Made by a program: the position numbers and the translations under genes
In this document: positions 51,064 to 61,376 of the stretch, piece after piece
Layout of the letters: the number at the start of each line of letters is the position of its first letter
Position numbering within the stretch: position 1 is the first letter of the stretch
Assembly (NCBI GenBank): GCA_049801375.1
Contig: JBARKJ010000073.1
Span: 6,597-70,596, forward strand
Source: Nitrospirota bacterium
GTDB taxonomy: Bacteria; Nitrospirota; JACRHJ01
Length of the DNA stretch: 64,000 bases
Direction: 5' to 3'
The notes under the pieces: model-generated
Databases searched by the model: none
Seen by the model: only the letters and a program-made list of their open reading frames with translations
What the model was told of the DNA's origin: nothing

Positions 51064-51462
51064 TTAATACCGGCCGGAGAAATAATCATCGAGTATGCGG
51101 GGGTGGTCGAAGCAGATGGGTGAGGGCAGGCTGCCTTTTGCGAAAACGCCTATGCCCTTTGCGTCGTCGCCCGCTCTCGGCATGCCTTTCGCCCTGGCTA
51201 TGAATACAGTCGATATGGTGTGAAAACGGGGGTCCCTTTTCGGGTCGGAATATGTATGGAACTGGCGGATCAGTACAATGTCTAAACCAGTCTCTTCCCT
51301 GGCCTCCCGGACGGCCGCGGCCTCGGCGCTCTCGCCGTAATCTATGAACCCGCCCGGTATCGCCCAGCCATGCGGCTCGTTTTTTCTCTCTATCAGGACT
51401 ATCCCCTCCGGTAGCTCGATTATGATGTCTACCGTGGGGAAGGGATTCTTCCTTTCAGGCAT
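51064..51462 (-). CDS. NUDIX hydrolase.
   Basis: Nudix box [26 protein letters not shown] at 51462 overlaps the hfq stop (TGATG). Confidence 0.8.
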   Translation of the reverse strand: MPERKNPFPTVDIIIELPEGIVLIERKNEPHGWAIPGGFIDYGESAEAAAVREAREETGLDIVLIRQFHTYSDPKRDPRFHTISTVFIARAKGMPRAGDDAKGIGVFAKGSLPSPICFDHPRILDDYFSGRY

Positions 51463-51788
51463 CAGCCTTCCACCCAAGGCTCCTCGGACTCCGCCGGAAT
51501 CGGGGCCGCCGTTTCAGGTTGCGGGATTTCTTTTGCATCTTTCGGCTCCTGCTCGGCATGGTTTACGTGGCCGGCCAGTTCAACCGTGCGCTCCGGCACG
51601 ATAGAATTGATGGCGTGCTTGTAGATAAGGTGCTGGCCGTCATGCTTCAGAAGAATGACGAAATTATCGAAGCCTTTCACCAGCCCCTCGATCTTGCCCC
51701 CTCCGGCGATATTCACTACTACCGGGATTTTCTCTTTACGCACGTGGTTTAAAAACGCGTCCTGCAGGTTTATCTGGGACCTCGACAT
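51462..51788 (-). CDS. hfq: RNA chaperone Hfq (canonical).
   Basis: Sm1/Sm2 core, [29 protein letters not shown]...[12 protein letters not shown]. Immediately downstream of miaA, as in many bacteria. Confidence 0.9.
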   Translation of the reverse strand: MSRSQINLQDAFLNHVRKEKIPVVVNIAGGGKIEGLVKGFDNFVILLKHDGQHLIYKHAINSIVPERTVELAGHVNHAEQEPKDAKEIPQPETAAPIPAESEEPWVEG

Positions 51789-51846
51789 GTCTCTCCCTTT
51801 TTCCTAATGTGTTAATACTTCTCCGCCCGACCCATCCTATAAAAAA

Positions 51847-52770
51847 CTATCGGAAATCCCCGGAAATATCAAGTGCTTTCTTTACCGAGGCCATTGACGA
51901 CGCTAAATTTTTATCAGAAATATCAACCCACTGCACGCCTTCCTGGCCGTTAAACCAGGTATATTGCCTTTTAGCGTAGTGCCTCGTGTCGCGTTTTATC
52001 AGCCGCACGGCCTCATCCAACCCCAGTTCGCCGTCCAGATACGCCATGAGCTGTTTGTAACCGAGCGCATGCATGGAGGGCATTTCGCGGGCGCAGCCTT
52101 TATCCCGAAGCGTCTTCACCTCGTCTAACAGCCCGATTTTAAACATTTTTTCTACCCGTGCATCTATCCGCCTGTAAAGCTCCGGCCGGGGCATTGTAAG
52201 GCCCGCGATTTGATATTCGTACCTGCCTTTATTGCCCCATTGCGACTGTTTTTCGCTTATTGGTTTCCCTGATTTTTCAAACACTTCCAACGCGCGAATT
52301 ATCCTTCTTACGTCCGACGGATGTATCTTCTCCGCCGCCTTTTTATCTTTATTTTTCAACTGATTATATAGGATTCCAGGCTCTTTTCTCTCTGTATCGT
52401 AAAGGGCCTCCCGTAGCATAAAATCCGCCCCCGGACCCTCAAAAATGCCCTGTAAAAGCGCCCGTATATACATGCCCGTCCCGCCCACGACCATGGGGAT
52501 TTTTCCCCGCCGCCCTATGTCCCCTATCGCCTCGTCCGCGAGTTGGACGTACCGCCCGGCTGAGAACTCCTCCTTTGGGTCCGCCACGTCTATAAGGTGG
52601 TGCGGCACCCGCGCCCGTTCCTGAAGAGTCGGTTTCGCGGTGCCGATGTCCATGCCCCGATATACCTGCATGGAATCCGCGCTGATTATTTCCGCGCCTA
52701 TCTCTTCGGCGATGGCTAACGATATTTCAGTCTTGCCGACTGCGGTCGGGCCGACGATAATATAAATCAT
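51847..52770 (-). CDS. miaA: tRNA dimethylallyltransferase.
   Basis: P-loop GPTAVGKT and DSMQVYRGMDIGTAKP. Confidence 0.9.
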   Translation of the reverse strand: MIYIIVGPTAVGKTEISLAIAEEIGAEIISADSMQVYRGMDIGTAKPTLQERARVPHHLIDVADPKEEFSAGRYVQLADEAIGDIGRRGKIPMVVGGTGMYIRALLQGIFEGPGADFMLREALYDTERKEPGILYNQLKNKDKKAAEKIHPSDVRRIIRALEVFEKSGKPISEKQSQWGNKGRYEYQIAGLTMPRPELYRRIDARVEKMFKIGLLDEVKTLRDKGCAREMPSMHALGYKQLMAYLDGELGLDEAVRLIKRDTRHYAKRQYTWFNGQEGVQWVDISDKNLASSMASVKKALDISGDFR

Positions 52771-54515
52771 TTCCTCTTAAACATCTTCTCCAACTCGTTC
52801 AACCCGAACTTTATCACAGTCGGCCTGCCGTGTGCGCAGGTGTACGGCATCTCGCAGGCGAAGAGTTGTTCTATGAGCCGCTCCATTGCGTATGGGTGCA
52901 ATTTTTTGCCGGCCTTGACGGCGCTCTTGCAAGCGAGCGATTTGCAAATTTTTTCCCGAAGCTCCTCCGCCTTCCCTTTGACGTCCGCGCTTTCCAGCTC
53001 GGATACCAGCCCAAGCACCACTTCCTTTATGTCCGCCTTCTCAAGGAACAGCGGCTTTGAGCGGATGAGGAAACTGCCGCCGCCGAAAGGCTCCGCATCG
53101 ATCCCCAGTTCCTTAAGCTCCGGCAGGACTGCATCGAGGAGCGCCGCCTCCTTCGCGGTAAGCTCTATACGCTCCGGGACCAGCAACCCTTGCGAGGATT
53201 CCCCGTGCTTGCCGAACCGGGCCTTCACCTTTTCATACTGCACACGCTCGTGCGCCGCGTGTTGGTCGATTAAGATAAAGCCGTCTTCTCTCCTTGCAAT
53301 GATGTAGGAATCCATAACCTGCATGGGGAACTCCCGGCTGAATTCCCGTTCCGGTTCTGGGTGAACATTCCTCTCTGTGTGGAGCGGAATCCTCTCTTGG
53401 CGGTGCTCATAAACCGGGAAACTCTCGGCGGCGTCCCGATAAGCGGCGGTAGGCCAGCCGGACGGCGGGGCGAATGGGGCAGGGGCCTCGCGTACCGTGC
53501 CCGCTTCCATGAAGGCGCCCGCGCCGGGGGCGCACTCGGAGTTTTTCAACGCACAGATGACAGCCTCTTTTATGGTCTTCTGCACCCCTTGCGCGTCAGC
53601 GAAACGGACCTCCCTCTTGGCCGGATGCACGTTCACGTCCACCTGAGATGGTTCTATATCTATGAACAGGATCGATGCCGGGTGCCGCTCCTTCATCAGC
53701 AGGGACTCGTATGCATCGTAAAGGGCGCGGGTTATCACACGGTCCTTAACGGGCCGGCGGTTCACGAAGGTCTCCTGTCTTGAGCGGTCGGAGAAGGTGC
53801 TGCCCGGCGCGGAGACGAAACCATGAACGCGGCATGCTCCGCCGCCGTTATTTATCTCCGAGAGTCCCTTCGCGAAGTCTCTTCCGTAAACTTGGGCCAC
53901 CCGCTCCCTAAGCTCACGGACCGGCGGGCAATCGAACAATTCCTTGCCGTCACTTGTCAGCCTGAAATGGACCATCGGGTGCGCAAGCGCCAGCCTCTCA
54001 ACCGTCGCCGCTATGTGCGATAGCTCGGTCTCACGGCTCTTTAAGAACTTAAGCCTTGCCGGGGTATTGAAGAATAAGTCGCGCACCTCCGCCGTGGTCC
54101 CTCTGGCCGCGCCGACCTCCTTCACGCCCTGGATTTTTCCGCCTTCGATGTAGACCGATGAGCCGTGGCCCTCGCCAGTTGATGTCGTGAGCCTGAACCG
54201 CGAAACCGATGCGATGGACGGGAGCGCCTCACCCCGAAAGCCCATGGTGGAGATTGACAGGAGACCGTCGTCGGAGCTCAGCTTGCTGGTGGCATGGCGC
54301 TCGAAAGCGAGAAGGGCGTCGTCCGGGGACATCCCCGAACCGTCGTCGATTATCTTTATTAGCTTGGTCCCGCCGCCCCCCGTCTCGATGAATATCCGGG
54401 ATGCGCCCGAGTCGAGGGAATTTTCGACCAGCTCCTTCACTACCGACGCCGGTCGCTCCACCACCTCTCCGGCGGCGATTTTATTTGCGATATTTTCAGG
54501 AAGGATTTTAATCAT
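52767..54515 (-). CDS. mutL: DNA mismatch repair protein MutL.
   Basis: GHKL ATPase N-terminus ([25 protein letters not shown]), C-terminal dimerisation domain. Confidence 0.9.
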   Translation of the reverse strand: MIKILPENIANKIAAGEVVERPASVVKELVENSLDSGASRIFIETGGGGTKLIKIIDDGSGMSPDDALLAFERHATSKLSSDDGLLSISTMGFRGEALPSIASVSRFRLTTSTGEGHGSSVYIEGGKIQGVKEVGAARGTTAEVRDLFFNTPARLKFLKSRETELSHIAATVERLALAHPMVHFRLTSDGKELFDCPPVRELRERVAQVYGRDFAKGLSEINNGGGACRVHGFVSAPGSTFSDRSRQETFVNRRPVKDRVITRALYDAYESLLMKERHPASILFIDIEPSQVDVNVHPAKREVRFADAQGVQKTIKEAVICALKNSECAPGAGAFMEAGTVREAPAPFAPPSGWPTAAYRDAAESFPVYEHRQERIPLHTERNVHPEPEREFSREFPMQVMDSYIIARREDGFILIDQHAAHERVQYEKVKARFGKHGESSQGLLVPERIELTAKEAALLDAVLPELKELGIDAEPFGGGSFLIRSKPLFLEKADIKEVVLGLVSELESADVKGKAEELREKICKSLACKSAVKAGKKLHPYAMERLIEQLFACEMPYTCAHGRPTVIKFGLNELEKMFKRK

Positions 54516-54964
54516 GTTCCCGTATGCCCGAATCCACCGTCCCCGCGCTTGGTTCCGTTTAATTCTTCGACGTGGATCAGCTCCGCCCGGACCACCTCGT
54601 TTATCACCATCTGGGCGATGCGGTCGCCGCGTTTTATGGTAAAAGGCTCCTCACCGAAATTAATGAGTATGACCTTTATCTCGCCGCGGTAATCGGCGTC
54701 CACCGTACCCGGCGTATTGACGAGGCTTATGCCGTGTTTAGCGGCAAGCCCGCTTCTCGGGCGCACCTGCGCTTCGTATCCTTCCGGAAGCTCGATGGAT
54801 ATGCCGGTAGGGACGAGCGCCCATTTTCCGGCTAGAACAACCATCTGCCCGTCCACCGCGGCCAAAAGGTCCATACCCGCGGAATGCTCCGTCTGGTACG
54901 ACGGCAGAGGCAGGTCTTCGCTTCCAGGTAATTTCTTTATTTTTATTTTTAATTGAACGGACAT
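54512..54964 (-). CDS. dut: dUTP diphosphatase.
   Basis: Motifs [20 protein letters not shown]. Confidence 0.9.
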   Translation of the reverse strand: MSVQLKIKIKKLPGSEDLPLPSYQTEHSAGMDLLAAVDGQMVVLAGKWALVPTGISIELPEGYEAQVRPRSGLAAKHGISLVNTPGTVDADYRGEIKVILINFGEEPFTIKRGDRIAQMVINEVVRAELIHVEELNGTKRGDGGFGHTGT

Positions 54965-54968
54965 TTCT

Positions 54969-56225
54969 TTAATGGACGGGGATTTCTTTTTGAAGCTCTG
55001 CCTTCTCTATCGGCCCCAGGGCGCTCATGGCTATTTCCTCGCTGCCGAAAAGCTCATGCACCAGCCTGTTCACCTGGTCCGAATCCACCTTCTCAATCTC
55101 CGCGATTATCTCGTCCAGGGTGTAGCGGCGGCCCAGGTACATCTCCTGCTTAGCGAGCTGACTCATCCGGTTGTACGTATTCTCCATGCCGAGGACCATA
55201 TTTCCTTTAAGCTGTTCCTTTACCTTCTCCAGTTCGTCTTTCGTTACGCCCTCTTCCCGCAGCTTCTTTATCTCTTTCCAGATGACCCTGACCACCGATG
55301 CGGCCTTGGAAGGGCTGACTCCGGCATAGATGACGAATAACCCGGTATCTTTCAAGGAAGTGAGGTATGAATAGACGGAATAGGCAAGCCCGCGCTTCTC
55401 GCGTATCTCCTGAAAAAGCCTGGAACTCATACTGCTCCCAAGCAGGGTGTTCAGGGAATACATCCCGAACCGGTCCTTGTGCGAGTACGGCAGCCCCTTC
55501 GCGCCCATGCAGACATGTACCTGCTCCAGCTTCCGGTGTCTCACGTTGACGGCCGGCTTAAAACCGGCTGGATCGCTCTGGGGCCTTGGCTTTTTCTTTT
55601 TCCTCCCGCCGAAGCTTTTGTTCAGCGTCTCTATCAGGAGGTCGTGGTCGAAATTTCCGGCGGCGGAGATAACGATCTCGGAGGGCACGTAATAGTCTTT
55701 CATGTAGTTGATAAGGTTTTCGCGGGACAGGCCGTTCATGCTTTTCCTGGTTCCTAGAACCGGCTGACCAAGCGGGGTGCCCTTCCAGACCGATTCGTAG
55801 AGGAGCTCGTGTACCAGGTCGTCGGGCGTATCCTCGACCATCTTTATCTCCTCCAATATCACCTTGCGCTCACGGTCCAGCTCTTTCTGGTCGAATGTGG
55901 AGTTGTTGAAGATGTCGGTCAGGAGGTCCACGGCGCGGGCCAGGTGTTCGTCCAGTACCTTAACGTAATAGGTTGTGCCTTCTTTGCTGGTGAACGCGTT
56001 GAGTTCTCCGCCCATGGAGTCCATCTCGATGGCGATGTCCCGCGCGCTCCTCCTTTTTGTGCCCTTGAAGAGCATGTGCTCTATGAAGTGGGAGACGCCG
56101 CTCAACTCCGGGGATTCGTCCCTCGCGCCCACGTTTATCCAGACGCCTAGCGACACGGACCGGACGTGGTTTATCCGTTCGGTCACTACGCGCATCCCGT
56201 TATCTAATAGTTCTCTTTTATACAT
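54969..56225 (-). CDS. M16-family zinc peptidase (insulinase-like).
   Basis: Inverted zinc motif [11 protein letters not shown]. 418 aa. Confidence 0.8.
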   Translation of the reverse strand: MYKRELLDNGMRVVTERINHVRSVSLGVWINVGARDESPELSGVSHFIEHMLFKGTKRRSARDIAIEMDSMGGELNAFTSKEGTTYYVKVLDEHLARAVDLLTDIFNNSTFDQKELDRERKVILEEIKMVEDTPDDLVHELLYESVWKGTPLGQPVLGTRKSMNGLSRENLINYMKDYYVPSEIVISAAGNFDHDLLIETLNKSFGGRKKKKPRPQSDPAGFKPAVNVRHRKLEQVHVCMGAKGLPYSHKDRFGMYSLNTLLGSSMSSRLFQEIREKRGLAYSVYSYLTSLKDTGLFVIYAGVSPSKAASVVRVIWKEIKKLREEGVTKDELEKVKEQLKGNMVLGMENTYNRMSQLAKQEMYLGRRYTLDEIIAEIEKVDSDQVNRLVHELFGSEEIAMSALGPIEKAELQKEIPVH

Positions 56226-56248
56226 GGCGTTACCTAAGATATTACCAT

Positions 56249-56285
56249 AAAAAAAAGGAAACGAGCCAAATCATTGCCCATTTCC
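56249..56285 (-). terminator. Probable intrinsic terminator downstream of pnp.
   Basis: On the minus strand: a roughly 10-bp stem with two G-U pairs (GGAAAUGGGC...GCUCGUUUCC) followed by U8. Confidence 0.45.
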
Positions 56286-56314
56286 CTTCTTTTCTTCGCG
56301 TTTATCTTATTGCC

Positions 56315-58411
56315 TTAGTCTTGCTTCGCCTTTAAATCCTTGGCCGCTTCCTTGGCCGAGAGGCGTATCTTGCCCTGGCGGTCAACTTCCAGGACCTTCA
56401 CCATTATCTCGTCGCCTTCCTTAAGCTCGTCGGCGACGTTCGTCACCCTGTGCTCGGCGATCTGAGAGATATGCACCAGGCCGTCGGTCCCCGGCGTGAT
56501 CTCGACAAAGGCGCCGAAGTCCATGATCTTCCGGACCTTGCCTTTATAAATCTTGCCTATCTCCGGCTCCATGACGATTCCCTGGATGATGTCGATGGCC
56601 TTCTTTGCGGCGGCCTCATCCGCGGAAGCTATGTTTATAACGCCGGTGTCCTCGATGTCGATCTTGCAGCCGGTTTCCTCCACTATGCCCCTTATCACCT
56701 TGCCGCCGGAACCTATTACCTCTCGTATCTTGTCCGGCTTTATCTGGATGGTGAATATCCTGGGGGCATGCGGGGAGAGGTTAGCCCTGGGCTCCGGCAG
56801 CGCGTCCAGCATCCTGCCAAGGATATGGAGCCGGCCTTCCTTCGCCTGAGCAAGGGCCTCCTTCATCAGGGCCTTGGTGACGCCGCCTATCTTTATATCC
56901 ATCTGCAAAGCGCAGACGCCAGCACTTGTGCCGGTCACTTTAAAATCCATGTCGCCAAGATGGTCTTCAAGGCCAAGGATGTCCGAGAGCACGACGTACT
57001 TCTCGTCTTCCTTTATAAGCCCCATCGCTATCCCGGCCACCGGAGCCGTTATGGGCACGCCTGCATCCATCAAGGCGAGCGTTCCGCCGCAGACAGAGGC
57101 CATGGACGAGCTGCCGTTCGACTCTGTGATATCCGAGACTATGCGGATGGTATACGGGAATTTCTCCTTCACCGGGATTACCTGCCTGAGCGATTTTTCC
57201 GCCAGGGCGCCGTGGCCTATCTCGCGCCTTCCGGGGCCGCGCAGGAACTTGGCTTCGCCTACAGAGTACGGCGGGAAGTTGTAGTGGAGCATGAACGGCT
57301 TGTAGCTCACGCCTTCGAGCGCGTCTATCATCTGCGCGTCATCGGAGGTGCCGAGTGTCGCGGTAACGAGCGCCTGGGTCTCGCCTCTCGTGAAGAGCGC
57401 CGAGCCGTGCGTCCTGGGCAGTATGCTCGTGTCGCAGGTTATCTGGCGGATGTCCCGGACACCCCTGCCGTCCGCGCGGACACCCTTCTCAAGTATCATC
57501 TTCCTGACCATATCCCTCTCGATATCGTGGAAGATGATGCTGATGTTCCTTACCCTGGTGACGTCGTCCCCGCCGATCTCCGCCGTTATTTCCGACTGGA
57601 GGTTGTCCAGCGATTTCTGGCGCTCCGTCTTGTTCGGGATCGCGATAAACTCGCTTATTCCGGAGACGGCTTTCGCCTTGACTTCCTCCACCAACGCGGG
57701 GTCTATCTTGATCTCCTTGACCGTGCGCTTTTCCAACCCTGCCTGCTCGCGGAGTTTCTCCTGGAGCGCGACGCCCTTCTTTATCTCTTCGTGCGCCAGT
57801 TCCAGGGCGTCCAGCATGACGTCTTCGCTGACCTCGGCCGCCCAGGACTCCACCATCATTATGGCTTCCTTCGTCCCGGCGACGGTAAGTTCGAGCTTCG
57901 TCTGCTCCATCTCCTTGAGGGTCGGGTTGACGACGAACTTGCCGTCCACCATCCCGATGCGTACGGCGCTGACCGGCCCGTTAAACGGGATATCGGAAAT
58001 GGAAAGGGCCGCCGACGCGGCGATCATCCCCATTATGTCGGAGACGTTCTCCTCGCCGAAAGAAAGGACGTTGGCAATTATCTGCGTCTCGCAGAGGAAC
58101 CCCTTCGGGAACAGGGGCCGAAGCGGCCTGTCGATCAACCGGGAGGTTAGGGTTTCCTTCTCGGTGAGCCTGCCTTCCCTCTTGAAGAATCCGCCGGGTA
58201 TCTTGCCCGCGGCGTAAGTCTTCTCGAGGTAATCGCACGTAAGGGGGAAGAAGTCCTGCCCTTCCCGTTCAACCTTTGAAGAGACTGCCGTGGCGAGGAC
58301 TACGGTGTCCCCAAAAGTCGCTATAACCGCACCGCTCGCCTGCCGGGCAATCTTGCCCGTCTCCAGGGTGAGGGTGCCCTCCCTTAAGGGCATTTCTACT
58401 TTATGAACCAT
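56315..58411 (-). CDS. pnp: Polynucleotide phosphorylase.
   Basis: 698 aa. Two RNase PH domains, then KH and S1 domains. Confidence 0.95.
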   Translation of the reverse strand: MVHKVEMPLREGTLTLETGKIARQASGAVIATFGDTVVLATAVSSKVEREGQDFFPLTCDYLEKTYAAGKIPGGFFKREGRLTEKETLTSRLIDRPLRPLFPKGFLCETQIIANVLSFGEENVSDIMGMIAASAALSISDIPFNGPVSAVRIGMVDGKFVVNPTLKEMEQTKLELTVAGTKEAIMMVESWAAEVSEDVMLDALELAHEEIKKGVALQEKLREQAGLEKRTVKEIKIDPALVEEVKAKAVSGISEFIAIPNKTERQKSLDNLQSEITAEIGGDDVTRVRNISIIFHDIERDMVRKMILEKGVRADGRGVRDIRQITCDTSILPRTHGSALFTRGETQALVTATLGTSDDAQMIDALEGVSYKPFMLHYNFPPYSVGEAKFLRGPGRREIGHGALAEKSLRQVIPVKEKFPYTIRIVSDITESNGSSSMASVCGGTLALMDAGVPITAPVAGIAMGLIKEDEKYVVLSDILGLEDHLGDMDFKVTGTSAGVCALQMDIKIGGVTKALMKEALAQAKEGRLHILGRMLDALPEPRANLSPHAPRIFTIQIKPDKIREVIGSGGKVIRGIVEETGCKIDIEDTGVINIASADEAAAKKAIDIIQGIVMEPEIGKIYKGKVRKIMDFGAFVEITPGTDGLVHISQIAEHRVTNVADELKEGDEIMVKVLEVDRQGKIRLSAKEAAKDLKAKQD

Positions 58412-58432
58412 GTAATTTGTTTTTCTCCAGTC

Positions 58433-58711
58433 TTATTTTCTGAGGCCCATTTCTTCGACCATCCTCTTGTAGCGGTCAACGCTTTTTTTCTTGAGGTAGT
58501 CAAGGAGCCTTCTCCTGCGTCCGACCATTTTTAAAAGCCCGCGCCTTGAGTGGAAATCCTTTTTGTGGGCCTTGAAATGTTCAGTAAGATATTTAATCCG
58601 CTCGCTAAGGAGTGCGATCTGGACCTCCGGCGAACCGGTATCTGTGTCGTGTACCTTAAATTTTCCTATTAAATCCTGTTTCATGTCCTTCTCCAGCGCC
58701 ATCTCTGTCAC
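58433..58711 (-). CDS. rpsO: 30S ribosomal protein S15.
   Basis: 92 aa. Motif [32 protein letters not shown]. Confidence 0.95.
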   Translation of the reverse strand: MTEMALEKDMKQDLIGKFKVHDTDTGSPEVQIALLSERIKYLTEHFKAHKKDFHSRRGLLKMVGRRRRLLDYLKKKSVDRYKRMVEEMGLRK

Positions 58712-58799
58712 CTCCTTCCCATAGTATTGCCAGTCATTGAATTTTTATAGTCCATAAACCCAAAAACTAACATAACTATCATAGATTGTAAAGCTTTTT

Positions 58800-59696
58800 T
58801 TAACTCAGCACAACCTTGGGCAGTATTGGGTTTTTTGCCCCTTCGCCAGCCGGTTCACCGATAGCCAAAAGCTTTCCCGATTCATCCATCAAGCGGACCG
58901 GCGTACCTTCCCGGAACTCCGGCATTAAAATGAAATCGTCATGCGCGGGCGGCCTCCCATGGCATACGTCATCCACCCCGCGCGGGGTCAACATGGCCGC
59001 CGGGAGTTCCGGCAGAAGCGTATCGATTTGAATTACTCTTTTGAACGCCTCATCGGGAGCCGGCTTCGGCTCAAGGGAAAGCGCGCCGTCCACGTTATAT
59101 GCTCCGGCCACCGTCCTTCGTAGAGAAACCAGATGTCCGCACGTCCCCAATGCCTCGGATATATCCCTGGCCAGAGAGCGGATGTAGGTGCCGCTTGAGC
59201 ATAGGGCGTGGAATGAAAGTTCGTCTCCCGAGAGGTCCAGAAGCTCCAGCGCGTCTATCACTACCCGCCTCGGCGGGGCCTGAACCGGAAGCCCCTTCCG
59301 GGCCCGCCTGTACAGCGGCTCTCCGCCGATTTTCACTGCGGAATAGGCGGGCGGGACCTGTTCAATTTCCCCGGTGAAGCGGGAAAAAACTTCTTCCACT
59401 TTCCGCCTGTCGAGCGCGGGCACGGACAGTTCGCATATTATTTTTCCCTCGGCATCAAGGGTATCTGTCTCGCACCCCAGTTTTACGGTAGCAGTATATT
59501 CTTTTTTGTTGCCCCCGTAGAATTTTGCGAGCCTCGTAGCTTTGCCCAGGAGGACAAGCAGTAGTCCGGTCGCCGCAGGGTCGAGCGTACCCGTATGTCC
59601 GGTGCGTTTTTCTTTCAATAATCCGCGCAGGAATGAGACCGCGTCGTGAGAGGTCCAGCCGAGGGGCTTGTCGATCAGTATGAGTCCGTCCATCAA
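58800..59696 (-). CDS. truB: tRNA pseudouridine(55) synthase.
   Basis: HTGTLDP catalytic Asp motif and C-terminal PUA domain. Confidence 0.9.
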   Translation of the reverse strand: MMDGLILIDKPLGWTSHDAVSFLRGLLKEKRTGHTGTLDPAATGLLLVLLGKATRLAKFYGGNKKEYTATVKLGCETDTLDAEGKIICELSVPALDRRKVEEVFSRFTGEIEQVPPAYSAVKIGGEPLYRRARKGLPVQAPPRRVVIDALELLDLSGDELSFHALCSSGTYIRSLARDISEALGTCGHLVSLRRTVAGAYNVDGALSLEPKPAPDEAFKRVIQIDTLLPELPAAMLTPRGVDDVCHGRPPAHDDFILMPEFREGTPVRLMDESGKLLAIGEPAGEGAKNPILPKVVLS

Positions 59697-60664
59697 GCGT
59701 TGAATCTCTTCAGATGCTCCAGAACCTTCGGGAGGACGAAATCTTTGGTTTTCTCAAGAGACATTTCCATAACTACTCCGGACGCGTTGGGATGCCCTCC
59801 GCCGCCCAGGCTTTCGGCGAGCGTGGAGACATTTACCCTGCCCTTGGAGCGGAAGCTGATCTTTACTTTATTTGGCCCGGCCTCCCGGAAAAGAACGGCC
59901 GCCTCCACACCTTTTACCGCGCGCGGATAATTAATGAAGCCGTCCGTGTCCTCCGCTTTCGTACCCGTCTCGCTGTAAAATTCCTCCTTCACCGTGACCC
60001 ATGCCACCAGGCCGTCCTCGCTGATTTCCATGCCTGCCAGGACCATGCCCAAAAGCTTCATTCTGCCGAAGGACTTCGTCTCGTAGATGTTTTCCGCGAT
60101 CTGCCACGTTTCTACTCCGTAATCGATGAGTTTCGCCGATTTGGAAAGCGCGTCAGCGTCCGTATTGGTGTACCTGAAAGAACCCGTGTCGGTGAATATA
60201 CAGGTATAGAGGCAGGTGGCGATATCCTTGTCTATCGGGGCGTCCATGAAAAGGAGCAGGTCGTAGACCATCTCGCCCGCCGCGGCCGCTTCCGGGTTCA
60301 CCCAGTACACGTCCGCCGTCTTCGGGTTGGTTACATGATGGTCGATGTTGATTATTTTTTTTACCGGGGCGCCTTTGGTTTTAAGTCCCGTCCGCTCAGG
60401 CTCGCAGTCCACCACGATCAACGCGTCGTGCGGCTCCGTAATTTCCGTCCCTATTTTTATAAGCCCGGACCCGGGCAGGAAATGGAGGAACTCCGGAACC
60501 GGGTCGGCATTCAACATTGTCACCTTTTTTCCCATCTTGATCAGGGAGAGGGCAAGACCCAGCTCCGAGCCTATCGCGTCCCCTTCAGGGCTGATGTGCG
60601 TGGAAATGACAAGGCTGTCAAGGCCTTTGATCGCCTCGGCTACACCCTCTATCCCGTGAGTCAT
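59693..60664 (-). CDS. nrnA: DHH/DHHA1 phosphoesterase (NrnA-like bifunctional oligoribonuclease / pAp phosphatase).
   Basis: DHH motif (IDHH), C-terminal DHHA1 with GGGH. Confidence 0.75.
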   Translation of the reverse strand: MTHGIEGVAEAIKGLDSLVISTHISPEGDAIGSELGLALSLIKMGKKVTMLNADPVPEFLHFLPGSGLIKIGTEITEPHDALIVVDCEPERTGLKTKGAPVKKIINIDHHVTNPKTADVYWVNPEAAAAGEMVYDLLLFMDAPIDKDIATCLYTCIFTDTGSFRYTNTDADALSKSAKLIDYGVETWQIAENIYETKSFGRMKLLGMVLAGMEISEDGLVAWVTVKEEFYSETGTKAEDTDGFINYPRAVKGVEAAVLFREAGPNKVKISFRSKGRVNVSTLAESLGGGGHPNASGVVMEMSLEKTKDFVLPKVLEHLKRFNA

Positions 60665-61035
60665 TCCCCATCCTCCCCGTCCTCTTTAATATCCAGGCCC
60701 CGGAGAAGCTCCAGTATCCTCGAGCCCTTTTCAATGGATTCGTCCAACTGGAAGAAAAGCTCAGGAGTCGAGCGGAGCTGAAGCCTGTGCCCAAGTTCGG
60801 TACGCAGGAAACTGCTCCCGCTTTTGAGGCCCTTCAGGGCCTCCTTCTTCCTCGCCTCGTCGCCTATTATGCTGACGAATACCCTGGCGTTCCTTAAGTC
60901 GTCGCTTACTTTCACATAGGTTATCGTGACGAAGCCTACTCTAGGGTCCTTGGTTTTCCTGAGCAGGATGTCGGAAAGCTCCACCCGTATCTGTTCGCCG
61001 ACCCTGTCGGCACGTTTATAGTCGCGTGATTTCAT
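60661..61035 (-). CDS. rbfA: Ribosome-binding factor A.
   Basis: 124 aa. KH-like fold signature with acidic tail. Confidence 0.85.
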   Translation of the reverse strand: MKSRDYKRADRVGEQIRVELSDILLRKTKDPRVGFVTITYVKVSDDLRNARVFVSIIGDEARKKEALKGLKSGSSFLRTELGHRLQLRSTPELFFQLDESIEKGSRILELLRGLDIKEDGEDGE

Positions 61036-61091
61036 ATTCCATAACTCCGCCTTAAATCCCCATCTCTTAAGAAGGGGGTTCAGGTGCGTTA

Positions 61092-61373
61092 CTATAATAC
61101 CTCTATTTGATAATCTATTAATTCGAGGCTGGTATTGGAGCGGATTAGATCCACCACCTTGTTCAGCACGTCCGAGGTAAAGGCTTTTTCACCGGACACG
61201 CAGGCCACGCCCAGCGTCGCCCTCTGCCAGAGGTCCTGGTTGTCCACTTCCGCGACGGAGACGTTGAACTTGCTGCGTATCCGGTCTTTCAGGCCTTTTA
61301 CGACGCTCCGCTTGCTCTTTAAGGAACCAGCGTCGTAAACGACCATCTCTACCGTGAGTATCCCAACGAACAT
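61092..61373 (-). CDS. DUF503 (YlxP-like) protein.
   Basis: 93 aa between infB and rbfA, the conserved position and size for DUF503. Confidence 0.7.
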   Translation of the reverse strand: MFVGILTVEMVVYDAGSLKSKRSVVKGLKDRIRSKFNVSVAEVDNQDLWQRATLGVACVSGEKAFTSDVLNKVVDLIRSNTSLELIDYQIEVL

Positions 61374-61376
61374 AAA

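Noticed and set aside
56450-58150. 566-aa plus-strand ORF antisense to pnp.
   Set aside because: Arg/Leu/Gly/Asp-rich low-complexity translation typical of the reverse frame of GC-rich coding DNA. The opposite strand encodes a full-length, highly conserved PNPase.
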